From a virus (Duplodnaviria; Caudoviricetes): a stretch of DNA of 64,000 nt. The translations under genes were made by a program, and so were the position numbers. Below are positions 9,345 through 17,452 of the stretch, piece by piece. Numbering within the stretch: the first letter of the stretch is position 1; the number at the start of each line of letters is the position of its first letter. The stretch spans positions 26,446 to 90,445 of the IMG/VR virus record IMGVR_UViG_3300029288_007054; one strand, given 5' to 3'. Below the pieces are notes generated by a model that saw nothing but the letters and a program-made list of their open reading frames with translations, was not told the DNA's origin and searched no databases.

Positions 9345-10229
9345 TTTAAGTTTGCCCCATCTTCTTAAATTGTGGTCATCTCTAATGCCATTTTTGATTA
9401 AACATCTACTAACTGATGTTTGTCCACAACTTAATTTCTTAGCAATATCAATCTGTTTAAAACCTTTTTTATGCAGAGCCAAAATATCCCGACGCATTTT
9501 AGCCCATTTCTCTTTATTTTCTTGAACTCTATTTGGTTCAAGTTTACGCAACCTAAATACAACAGATGCACTATTATATCCAAGTTTTTTAGCTATTTGA
9601 ACGGAATTAAGTTTTTTCTTTCTTAATTTGATAATCTTCTTTATATCTAATTTTTGAACACCATTATAGTTAGCAACCTTAAAATCAATTTTATCCTTCA
9701 GCTTCTTAAATTTCTCCACGTCTATTTGTTCCGTAATGTGACAATTTTTACACAAAACGTCACATTTCTTAATTTCATCAAGAAGCTTTTGAGGTATTTT
9801 CAGAAAAACCCTTTTAGAATGATAAGATCTATATATATTTAATTGTTTATCCTTTCTATCTCTATGATGAAACTCTAAACTAACAGCACTTTTGCCCTTA
9901 TACCCACATCTACTACAACTATCCTGACCCTTTATTTTTAGCAACATTTCTTTATTGGGATTGCTTATAGGATAATGCTCTTCCATATGACAGTTTGCAC
10001 ATAAAAGAATACATTTTTTAACTTCTTTCAGTGCTACATCCCAGTGTTTATTAATCATTGAGTTAATTATGTCTTCTTTATCTTTCGTATGATGAAATGC
10101 CAAGACAAAGACATTATCATTTCCACACTTTTCGCATTTGCCTCCAAGCAAGTTTGTAGCCTTTATCTTCTTCGCCCATCTTCTAATAAAACTATCTTTT
10201 CTATCTTGGGCGTTAGACCTTTTCTTCAC
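9327..10229 (-). CDS. tandem-HNH homing endonuclease-like protein with C-terminal HTH repeats
   Basis: Two CxxC...FHH...C.LLC.NCH modules; IAKKL/SQ.SV HTH-like repeats. Confidence 0.85.
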   Translation of the reverse strand: MKKRSNAQDRKDSFIRRWAKKIKATNLLGGKCEKCGNDNVFVLAFHHTKDKEDIINSMINKHWDVALKEVKKCILLCANCHMEEHYPISNPNKEMLLKIKGQDSCSRCGYKGKSAVSLEFHHRDRKDKQLNIYRSYHSKRVFLKIPQKLLDEIKKCDVLCKNCHITEQIDVEKFKKLKDKIDFKVANYNGVQKLDIKKIIKLRKKKLNSVQIAKKLGYNSASVVFRLRKLEPNRVQENKEKWAKMRRDILALHKKGFKQIDIAKKLSCGQTSVSRCLIKNGIRDDHNLRRWGKLKLRSSN

Positions 10230-10390
10230 TTTACTACCTCCCCTAAAATACCCCTTAAAAGGTCTTCTATGTGTTCGGGTAGGGTTTGGTCTAGCTCTTC
10301 CTTTATAATCAATTGTGCGTCAAGGTGATGCATTCTTAAGTTTTCTATCATGGCTTTAGCTTCCTGCGTTATATTGACTTCTACTAACAT
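10226..10390 (-). CDS. 54-aa leader ORF translationally coupled to the HNH gene (MLVEVNITQEAK...)
   Basis: Manual translation; GGGAG SD; GTGA overlap with the HNH start. Confidence 0.65.
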   Translation of the reverse strand: MLVEVNITQEAKAMIENLRMHHLDAQLIIKEELDQTLPEHIEDLLRGILGEVVK

Positions 10391-10545
10391 GGCGGTTCAC
10401 TCCCTAGAAAAAGCAGACCCCTTAGCATTATTACTATCTGATGAACCGCCAAGCCCGACAGGTAGTTACTAAAGGGTCTACTTATTATTCTATTTTAATT
10501 TACTAATACTAACAGACTTTGGCGATTCATCTGTATATATTATAC
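10388..10545 (-). promoter_or_regulatory. structured cis-regulatory leader (long hairpin plus alternative pseudoknots) with TGTATAAT promoter
   Basis: Stem 10412-10425/10469-10482; loop segment 10441-10452 complementary to both 10389-10400 and 10519-10530; -10 at 10539-10544. Confidence 0.7.
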
Positions 10546-10557
10546 AAGAAAAATCAC

Positions 10558-11301
10558 CTAAAATCCTTTAATTATTTTAATTAAATCTGTTACCATTATC
10601 GAGATTTTAGTCTGTTGTTCTGATGCTGGTAATTCCTCTACTGCATAGGCAAGTTGAGTTAATCGCTCCAGCAACATATCCCTGTAAGTCCTTGCCATAT
10701 CAGCTAAGGCATTCTCTGTAGTTATTGACCCATCAGGATTGATGCAAATCTTTTTATTTGGGGCACCCAGTATATCTTCAAGTTCCGCAATGGTTACTTG
10801 ATTTCTAGCTGACTTCTCCACCTTTGGCTGTTGGGGTTGCCTTAAAACCCATTCTGAAAAATCCTCACAAGGTAAATCAAAATCGCAATCATCTTCTGTT
10901 TCTCCATCTTTAATTCTTGCGCAACTCTCGCAACTTCTCTCTTTTGGCTGTCGGGGTTGCCAGTATTGGCATGGTGAATGTATGTGGTCAGTTGCAGGAA
11001 TACAACCATTATGATTCTTTCCGCAACTCTCGCAACTTCTCTCCGCCTTTGGCATTGCAGGGGTGAACTTGGTGCAGCAACAAAATCCAGTAGGTTCTCG
11101 ACATTCTTGTTTACGAAAGTGATTGCCTTCTGTATGTCCACACTCGCACACTTCACTTTCTGCGGAGGGGGCGAGTACCCACAACAACGCCTGTTTTCTA
11201 ACCTCAAGGAAAAGTCTTACTGCATCTGGATTCTTATGTGAATCGCCAAACAGTTCTTCAATCTCTTTTAACTCTGCCATTATCTCATTCTCTGCCTTCA
11301 T
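10558..11301 (-). CDS. Cys-rich hypothetical protein with duplicated ERSCESC module
   Basis: 22-nt direct repeat at 10920-10941 and 11022-11043; many CxxC/CxC motifs. Confidence 0.65.
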   Translation of the reverse strand: MKAENEIMAELKEIEELFGDSHKNPDAVRLFLEVRKQALLWVLAPSAESEVCECGHTEGNHFRKQECREPTGFCCCTKFTPAMPKAERSCESCGKNHNGCIPATDHIHSPCQYWQPRQPKERSCESCARIKDGETEDDCDFDLPCEDFSEWVLRQPQQPKVEKSARNQVTIAELEDILGAPNKKICINPDGSITTENALADMARTYRDMLLERLTQLAYAVEELPASEQQTKISIMVTDLIKIIKGF

Positions 11302-11335
11302 TTTGTTCTCCTACATTTAGCCGTCTTCCTATCAC

Positions 11336-11686
11336 TCATTTTTCAAACACCCATTCCTTCATAATTGTTTTTCCAGTATATTCAAAAACTTTCTTTTTAT
11401 CATTGAGTTTATATTCTGCGGCCTCATAAGCCTTCCCAGTTTCAATAATTCGGTTTAAGGATAAATAAATCATATTTCTTTTAGGTTTCCCGTCCTTGGA
11501 TAATGCTAAAAGATATTCAGACCCGTCGTGTGGCCCATTAACAAATTTAAAAGCACCTGCCTTCCCTTCAGCCATTAAAGAATACATTGTGTCAACGGCT
11601 TCTTTTTTTTCGGCAGCAGACAAAGATTTATGAAATTTCTCAATATCGGCATCATTTTTGTCAAAGTTCATTTTTACCCTCCCCAA
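11336..11686 (-). CDS. hypothetical protein
   Basis: 116-aa ORF with GGAGG SD. Confidence 0.6.
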   Translation of the reverse strand: MGRVKMNFDKNDADIEKFHKSLSAAEKKEAVDTMYSLMAEGKAGAFKFVNGPHDGSEYLLALSKDGKPKRNMIYLSLNRIIETGKAYEAAEYKLNDKKKVFEYTGKTIMKEWVFEK

Positions 11687-11739
11687 AAAAAGGTCAATCG
11701 GCTATGGCTATAATTAACACAAAAATATCGTAGTCCATT

Positions 11740-11919
11740 TTATTCCTCTCTGTTCCTCTTTTTTAACTCTTTTTGCTGCTCTTTTGCTTTATCTGCGAAT
11801 TCTTGGCTTACTTCATCGATGTATTCAGATTGATTCTCTAAGATCCATAATTCTTCTTGGCAATTTGAGCAAACGCCATTACTTGTTCTACCACCGCAAT
11901 CTGGACAATAATTACTCAT
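11740..11919 (-). CDS. 59-aa zinc-ribbon protein (MSNYCPDCGG...CSNC)
   Basis: Manual translation; CxxC...CxxC. Confidence 0.6.
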   Translation of the reverse strand: MSNYCPDCGGRTSNGVCSNCQEELWILENQSEYIDEVSQEFADKAKEQQKELKKRNREE

Positions 11920-12068
11920 TTTGGTGTATTAGCAGGCACAAAATTAGTAAACGAGTTATTGTTCATTAGGGGCGGTCTTTCGTCTCCTACTATCGGATCA
12001 GGAGTAAAACAACCACCTAAAAATATACTACCACTCACGCATATCACGATCAGAGCTCTTTTTACCAT
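11916..12068 (-). CDS. 50-aa putative lipoprotein
   Basis: MVKRALIVICVSGSIFLGG-C: basic N-terminus, hydrophobic core, lipobox-like LGGC; ATGA overlap with the next gene. Confidence 0.5.
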   Translation of the reverse strand: MVKRALIVICVSGSIFLGGCFTPDPIVGDERPPLMNNNSFTNFVPANTPK

Positions 12069-12225
12069 CTGCATAATCAAATTCCCTCCTATCCACTCTT
12101 AACAACTCATAACATTGTTGACATAGCCATTCGTGTCCTTCGTCGTTCCATCTTAAATTACCTTCTGTAAAACAAGCATCGCAAACTTCAGGTCTAGGTG
12201 GCTTTGTAAATTTATTCTTTTTCAT
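12028..12225 (-). CDS. small zinc-ribbon protein
   Basis: CDAC...WLCQQC. Confidence 0.65.
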   Translation of the reverse strand: MKKNKFTKPPRPEVCDACFTEGNLRWNDEGHEWLCQQCYELLRVDRREFDYADGKKSSDRDMREW

Positions 12226-12425
12226 TTTCCCTCGTCATAGTCCTCATAATCTTCATCTAGCATTGCCTCAAATGCCTCTTGTTCCTCATATTCCCTTATT
12301 GCATCTTGCTCTTCTATATCAACTTGGCACAAATCGCAAATCCATTCGCCACAATCCTTATTCCAATGTAATCCATCTTCTTCTCCGCAGCATTCGCATA
12401 TCTTAGGTTTTGGGGATCGTGTCAT
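12222..12425 (-). CDS. small zinc-ribbon protein, paralog of 12028..12225
   Basis: CECC...WICDLC, acidic tail. Confidence 0.65.
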   Translation of the reverse strand: MTRSPKPKICECCGEEDGLHWNKDCGEWICDLCQVDIEEQDAIREYEEQEAFEAMLDEDYEDYDEGK

Positions 12426-12436
12426 TGATTAAAACC

Positions 12437-12652
12437 CTATCTCTTTCTGGGTTTCATCTTCTTCGTTTTTTTAGTCTTTGTTTTTGTTTTAACATAGCTT
12501 TCGAGAGCCGTATTAACTGCCCAATTAAGCAACGCTTTTTCATCATTAAGTATGTTTTTTTTAGCATAACGCAGCATAATCTGTTTTTCATCCTCAGGGA
12601 TTTCTACTTCAAACTCTACATATTTAACCGATCTTTCTTCTAGGAATTGCAT
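12437..12652 (-). CDS. hypothetical protein
   Basis: 71-aa ORF with AGGAG SD. Confidence 0.6.
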   Translation of the reverse strand: MQFLEERSVKYVEFEVEIPEDEKQIMLRYAKKNILNDEKALLNWAVNTALESYVKTKTKTKKTKKMKPRKR

Positions 12653-12664
12653 GTTTTTTTCTCC

Positions 12665-12982
12665 TTATTTTGTATTTTTGAAAGCATTGTAATCTTTCAT
12701 TATAATATCCTCTAGCTTTTCCATTACTTTGAAGGCATTTTTATAATTCATTTCTCTAATCCACACATTAACGTCTTTATCCGATGGGCATCCAAGTTCT
12801 GCTGCGCTATCATAGAAAGATATTATAACCGCCAACATTAAATCTTCTACATTTACTTTATTTTTATGTTTCATGGTTTTAATAATTTCCTTGTCTGTCG
12901 TTACATCCACCATTTTTTCCTTTATGACAGGTTTCTGGGCATGGTCTATCGCAACGAAATTGCGGATATTTTTTTCTATCAC
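12665..12982 (-). CDS. hypothetical protein
   Basis: 105-aa ORF; true start uncertain. Confidence 0.5.
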   Translation of the reverse strand: MIEKNIRNFVAIDHAQKPVIKEKMVDVTTDKEIIKTMKHKNKVNVEDLMLAVIISFYDSAAELGCPSDKDVNVWIREMNYKNAFKVMEKLEDIIMKDYNAFKNTK

Positions 12983-13070
12983 GCATACGTCTTATCGTGG
13001 GCTTAAAATATTTAAGTTTGCCATCGAAACCTAAGCCTGCAAAAATCTGATTACCATCCTTGTCTTTCAT
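12879..13070 (-). CDS. small Cys-containing hypothetical protein
   Basis: 63-aa ORF with GGAG SD; overlaps its neighbour. Confidence 0.45.
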   Translation of the reverse strand: MKDKDGNQIFAGLGFDGKLKYFKPTIRRMRDRKKYPQFRCDRPCPETCHKGKNGGCNDRQGNY

Positions 13071-13080
13071 TTATACTCCA

Positions 13081-13296
13081 TTAATAATGTCCAAATACCC
13101 CTTCTGAATAATAATCTCTTTTATCATCGGCAATCATTCTCTGTCTTATATCTTCTCTTAACGATTCTATCCACTTTTTTTGCCCAACAATAATCGCTTC
13201 CATCTCTGTAATTTCACCCGCAAGTTCTAATGGGTCGGCATCCTGAATATACCATCTTTTTTCTTCTATACTTTTACATTCTTTAAGGGTTTTCAT
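13081..13296 (-). CDS. hypothetical protein
   Basis: ORF track; likely start MKTLKE. Confidence 0.55.
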   Translation of the reverse strand: MKTLKECKSIEEKRWYIQDADPLELAGEITEMEAIIVGQKKWIESLREDIRQRMIADDKRDYYSEGVFGHY

Positions 13297-13300
13297 TATT

Positions 13301-14431
13301 TTAGTACCATCTTTCTTCTTCTGCCACAAATTCTGACAATTCCCTATACAGCTCTTCAATTTTTCCTACATTAACTGAATGAGGAATGCTAGAAGTATTA
13401 TACAATTTTTCTAGGTCTGCCATTCTTCTTTCTACCTCTGTCATTAGCTCTTCATATTTAAATTCGCCAGCCCTAATTTTCATTAGGTAATCTTTTTGTT
13501 CTCCTTCAAAACGAACAATAGGATATCCGTGAGTAAGAATATGCTCACCAGAAATTAAAAGTCTCATGCAATGCATCATATTTTTTTGATCATAATTAAG
13601 CTTACCTTTTTCCTGATCAACCCACCTAGCTTCATTCCTATTTTTCATCCAGTCCCAATATGAGTGCCATTCCTTACATGCCTTTTCATAATCTTGTTTA
13701 TTATAGATTAATAGACCAGCAAATTTTGCAATTTCATCATCTATGGGGATTGACTCACAAACCAACATATCATCTCCCCTAAAAATTCCCTTTGCTTCAG
13801 CGCCATAATAATATAACCGATATACATTGGATGTATGTTCAAGAGCAGAACAATGATATTTGCTCATGCTTGGAACGTCTTTAATATTTGAATAAACAGG
13901 CCATGGGACAGGTCTGCAAGGAAAGGTTTTATACTCTTCCATTGAAACCCTGTCAAATGAAAAATCTGGCACAATCCAGCAAAATTCTTCTTTTACAGGT
14001 CTATTTACAGGTTGAGGGTTATGAACCTTCTTATTCTGCCCTTTTGCCTTCTCAATTTGAGCATAAGCATAGCCAGAATGCGTATGGAAGCACTTCTTTG
14101 ATATGAATAAATCTCTATTTTCAATAAGCTTGGTCATGACAGGGGATTGGAACCTTACGCAATCCTGAGGCATCCAGAGCAATTCTATCATGTTCGGGTT
14201 GGCTGTTTGAAGCAGCTCAAATGCTCTTTTTAGTGAATAATAGGTAATATCATTCTTTTCGTCGCTAATCTGTCCCGCTGGATCAGAAAGGCCTAAATAA
14301 TCATGAGGAGGGTTAACATAAAACCCCCTAAGATCAGTATCTGATTTAGGCGTATTAGTCCCATACGCATGAGACCCGCTAACGGTCTCAAAAACGATTC
14401 TACCCGATTCTTTAAGTTCTTTAATATTCAT
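13301..14431 (-). CDS. Pol-beta-superfamily nucleotidyltransferase, RlaP/YcgL-like
   Basis: GSHAYGTNTPKSDTDLRG (GS...DxD), ANPNMIELLW, YDQKNMMHCMRLL; start set at MNIKEL. Confidence 0.85.
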   Translation of the reverse strand: MNIKELKESGRIVFETVSGSHAYGTNTPKSDTDLRGFYVNPPHDYLGLSDPAGQISDEKNDITYYSLKRAFELLQTANPNMIELLWMPQDCVRFQSPVMTKLIENRDLFISKKCFHTHSGYAYAQIEKAKGQNKKVHNPQPVNRPVKEEFCWIVPDFSFDRVSMEEYKTFPCRPVPWPVYSNIKDVPSMSKYHCSALEHTSNVYRLYYYGAEAKGIFRGDDMLVCESIPIDDEIAKFAGLLIYNKQDYEKACKEWHSYWDWMKNRNEARWVDQEKGKLNYDQKNMMHCMRLLISGEHILTHGYPIVRFEGEQKDYLMKIRAGEFKYEELMTEVERRMADLEKLYNTSSIPHSVNVGKIEELYRELSEFVAEEERWY

Positions 14432-14915
14432 TAATGTTTGTTCTACCTTTTCTAGCATAACCTTTACAAACGTTCCTATCCTCATTACATCTATCGCAAG
14501 GATGTTCCCTTTTATCCATTGCGATTGCCAGCACCAATATTGGATCAAGAGTGCACCCTGAAGGAACGCCTAATGTTGGTTCCGATGCCTGCTTTTCTTC
14601 TTTTGGCATCTCTTTTTCTATACCATGTTTCTTAAGCAATTCATTGTACTGAGAGTTGCTATGATCATACCATGAATCAGGCAACTCATATCCTTCCCCT
14701 GAACGAAAAATAGTCATTTTACAAGATCTTCCATGAAGATAGTCAAGACTTACTGCAATTCTCTTGTCCTTTGAAAACCTACCAATAATCTCTTTCACTT
14801 CTTGTTCTGGAATATCGCCATCTTTAAAATGAAAAAAACCCATTCCTTGAGGTGAACTAAGGGAATACACATCCTGAACAAATTTTACCAACTCTAATTT
14901 ATCTACTTTTATCAT
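14421..14915 (-). CDS. hypothetical protein
   Basis: SSPQGMGFFH and DYLHGR motifs; coupled. Confidence 0.65.
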   Translation of the reverse strand: MIKVDKLELVKFVQDVYSLSSPQGMGFFHFKDGDIPEQEVKEIIGRFSKDKRIAVSLDYLHGRSCKMTIFRSGEGYELPDSWYDHSNSQYNELLKKHGIEKEMPKEEKQASEPTLGVPSGCTLDPILVLAIAMDKREHPCDRCNEDRNVCKGYARKGRTNINEY

Positions 14916-15418
14916 TGTATGTTCTCCAATTCTATATCATTAATTGCATTCTGATTATCTGGTGACACCTTAAATAATTTTAGTTCTTCCCTAACTATCA
15001 TCAAAAGTTCACCCAAAACATTCTTCCCTTTCCCGTTACATTTATCACAGCTACAAACTCCAAAGTGATTGTCATGCCACATATTACCTTCAACCAAAAT
15101 CTTATTTCCAGTGGCTAACAGTTTTTTAGCCAAATCACTACCACCCTTAAATTTGATTCGAAGCAGATCAAGCATTATAGAATCCTTTACCTGTTCCCAA
15201 TCAGGTCTTAATGTTACTCTCCTACCCGCTCTTTTTGCAACTCCCGGAGATTCATCTGATCTTATCATTTCTCTTTCATCATCATTAGAAGTTTTAGCAG
15301 CCTGATATGCATGTTCAGAAGTCGCATACGTTTTACCCTCAAAATCAATTGGGCAACGATAGAAATTACTTAAAAACCTATGCTCTGTACCATCAAACCT
15401 TGTAATATAATCACTCAT
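14912..15418 (-). CDS. NADAR family protein (YbiA-like ADP-ribosylhydrolase)
   Basis: FLSNFY, TSEHAYQAAK, WEQVKDSIM, D..FG, GKNVLGELLM. Confidence 0.92.
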   Translation of the reverse strand: MSDYITRFDGTEHRFLSNFYRCPIDFEGKTYATSEHAYQAAKTSNDDEREMIRSDESPGVAKRAGRRVTLRPDWEQVKDSIMLDLLRIKFKGGSDLAKKLLATGNKILVEGNMWHDNHFGVCSCDKCNGKGKNVLGELLMIVREELKLFKVSPDNQNAINDIELENIQ

Positions 15419-15427
15419 CTTATTCTC

Positions 15428-15871
15428 CTATTCGCACTTATGTTCCAATATATACAATGCCATTTTATACTTCTCTTTTAACGACCCCTCTTGCAAACTT
15501 CTCAAATTATCCTCTATATCGGCTATTTTAATTTTGGTAGCATCAACGCTATTTTTAATTCTTAGAATAAAATTAAGATAGCTTTCATCTTTTGTCTTAG
15601 AAAGAGCAATCACTAAATCTACAGTACGAGGATCAACCCCTTCTTTTAACAAATCTTCTGCTGTTATTGCAGTGTCTTCTATTATATCATGGAGATACCC
15701 AGCAGCAATTATATAGTCATCACAATGTCCATAATATAACTTTTTGGCTACTCTTTCTGGATGAACGAAATAGGGTTTTCCTTTATCATCGCCCATCTTT
15801 CTAGTTTGCCCCATATGCCCCCTGATTGCGATCCCTCTTGCGATATCTACTGGTAACAAATCTTTTGGCAT
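15428..15871 (-). CDS. HD-domain small alarmone hydrolase-like (SpoT/Mesh1 family)
   Basis: H.GQ.RK, PYFVHPERV, LHDIIEDT, KIADIEDN. Confidence 0.88.
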   Translation of the reverse strand: MPKDLLPVDIARGIAIRGHMGQTRKMGDDKGKPYFVHPERVAKKLYYGHCDDYIIAAGYLHDIIEDTAITAEDLLKEGVDPRTVDLVIALSKTKDESYLNFILRIKNSVDATKIKIADIEDNLRSLQEGSLKEKYKMALYILEHKCE

Positions 15872-16047
15872 TATTTCTTCCTCAACTGTTTATTCTTTCT
15901 AATAGGATTAGCATTAGCTCCACATTTAGGGCATTTCTTAGTTGGCATTCCGTCGCCAGCATCCATCGGACCCATAGGTTGACCTGAATCATCGGGCCAC
16001 AATCCATATCCATAACATATTTTACATTTTCTTTTCTTATTTTTTAT
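15871..16047 (-). CDS. probable small zinc-finger protein without canonical start
   Basis: CKIC...CPKC open frame filling the gap; first plausible start is ATA. Confidence 0.4.
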   Translation of the reverse strand: MKNKKRKCKICYGYGLWPDDSGQPMGPMDAGDGMPTKKCPKCGANANPIRKNKQLRKK

Positions 16048-16340
16048 ATATTTTTCTCACACCAATCATATATTACACTTGCATTCAGTGTAAATGTTTC
16101 ATCAAGCCCAGCAACAACATCAAATTTAAAATCTTGATAATGAGCCTGCGCCTGATCTTTATCTAAACAAACTTCGAGCAAAAGCGCTAAAGCTAATTGG
16201 CTTGGGCCTGAACCACTATAGCCCCAACTAAACCCATCTGGCGAATGGTTCCTATATGCTTGAGAGAGACGAGGATCTAGCAATTTACCGTCGATGTAAA
16301 CATTGTGATTACTGCCAGTTATAATGCTATCTTTCCTCAT
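16044..16340 (-). CDS. DUF6166-like protein
   Basis: HSPDGFSWGYSGSGPSQLALALL. Confidence 0.75.
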   Translation of the reverse strand: MRKDSIITGSNHNVYIDGKLLDPRLSQAYRNHSPDGFSWGYSGSGPSQLALALLLEVCLDKDQAQAHYQDFKFDVVAGLDETFTLNASVIYDWCEKNI

Positions 16341-16369
16341 AATTCTTTCCCTTTCAAATTATCGGAAAT

Positions 16370-16397
16370 AGTATAGCATAAAAGAGGAAAACGTCAA
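16370..16397 (-). promoter_or_regulatory. sigma70-type promoter with extended -10
   Basis: TTGACG-N16-TATACT with TGn. Confidence 0.6.
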
Positions 16398-16404
16398 GAA
16401 AAAT

Positions 16405-16641
16405 TTACATCCAATATTTGTTCTTAGAAAAATGCAGCCTTTCTATCAACATTTGCAGTCTAAGTTTAGGTGCAGAAAACTCTATGTGACCGGGCATTTG
16501 CTTATAAGTTATTCCATATTGCTTACATATTTGTTCAACTGTTCCGAATCTTATTCCAACAAACCCTAAACGACGATCATGCAACACTTGATTAAGATTA
16601 ACCTTGGCACAAACAGAAATGTTTTGTTCAACTTCTTTCAT
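16405..16641 (-). CDS. hypothetical protein
   Basis: ORF track; start MKEVEQ. Confidence 0.55.
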   Translation of the reverse strand: MKEVEQNISVCAKVNLNQVLHDRRLGFVGIRFGTVEQICKQYGITYKQMPGHIEFSAPKLRLQMLIERLHFSKNKYWM

Positions 16642-16696
16642 AATATTTCTTTCTCTAAAAAAAGGATATAACCCTTCCTCAATAGAACAATTTATT

Positions 16697-17029
16697 ATGT
16701 CTAAGAGGAAAAACAGTATCAAATATAAAAAACGTAAAAAAGAAGCGTGTGTTATTCTCCATTCAGTTTATAAGTTCCTCAAAGAAAAATCAGACACAAT
16801 TATACTCAGGAAAATCCGAGGAATGGATGGTAAATATGAGCCTTCTGACGATGAAATAACCATAGATTATAGGAAAGAATTAATACCAACTTTAATACAT
16901 GAGATTATGCATTGTTTACATCCCGACTGGTGTGAGACTAAAGTGCTTACTAAAGAACGAGAAGTTGTAAACGCAATGTCATTGAGACAATGTAAAAACA
17001 TTCTTAGAAGATTCTCATCCTATCTTTAA
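16697..17029 (+). CDS. small HExxH metalloprotease-like protein
   Basis: PTLIHEIMH; start MSKRKN. Confidence 0.65.
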   Translation: MSKRKNSIKYKKRKKEACVILHSVYKFLKEKSDTIILRKIRGMDGKYEPSDDEITIDYRKELIPTLIHEIMHCLHPDWCETKVLTKEREVVNAMSLRQCKNILRRFSSYL

Positions 17030-17322
17030 TAAACTAATTCCACTTTCCCATTAGGATTACCATCTACACCCGTATAGTTCCCTGCTGGAGTCGATCCCAC
17101 GGTAAAAGCTTTTATGGCTTTTAAATGGCCTAACGAAGGTATTGCCTCTACTGGTTGACATACGTATCTACTGTTGCATATTTTCCAATTTTCAAAGTCA
17201 CGATATAAATAATAAGGACTTGCGGCATTTCCATTAAACCACATCCCCCTATCTATTTGGGTATATATGCCATCCCAAGCGGCAGAAAAATCATAGACAC
17301 GTATGTTTGTATATGCTCCCAT
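17026..17322 (-). CDS. hypothetical protein
   Basis: 98-aa ORF with AGGAGG SD. Confidence 0.6.
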   Translation of the reverse strand: MGAYTNIRVYDFSAAWDGIYTQIDRGMWFNGNAASPYYLYRDFENWKICNSRYVCQPVEAIPSLGHLKAIKAFTVGSTPAGNYTGVDGNPNGKVELVY

Positions 17323-17452
17323 GTTCCTCCTAAGGTTCTATACCTGAGCAATCCAGTATATCTTTATTCAAAAAAGTGTTCTTAATCTCCTCGTTTACCA
17401 TACTAGCTATTTCTTGATTTTCTTTTGATATTTTCTGGGGTTAAATAAATAA

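Noticed and set aside
10388-10545. IscB/TnpB omega-RNA or IS200/605 end
   Set aside because: Only a loose AACTACC...GGGCTTG resemblance; the neighbouring protein has no RuvC or PLMP motifs and no transposase is present.
10842-11207. Alternative-frame ORF with repeated REVARVA
   Set aside because: Explained by the 22-nt repeat inside the overlapping 10558..11301 gene.
17323-17452. Possible small ORF ending in TAG
   Set aside because: Only a ~23-codon ATG frame with no SD; not supportable.
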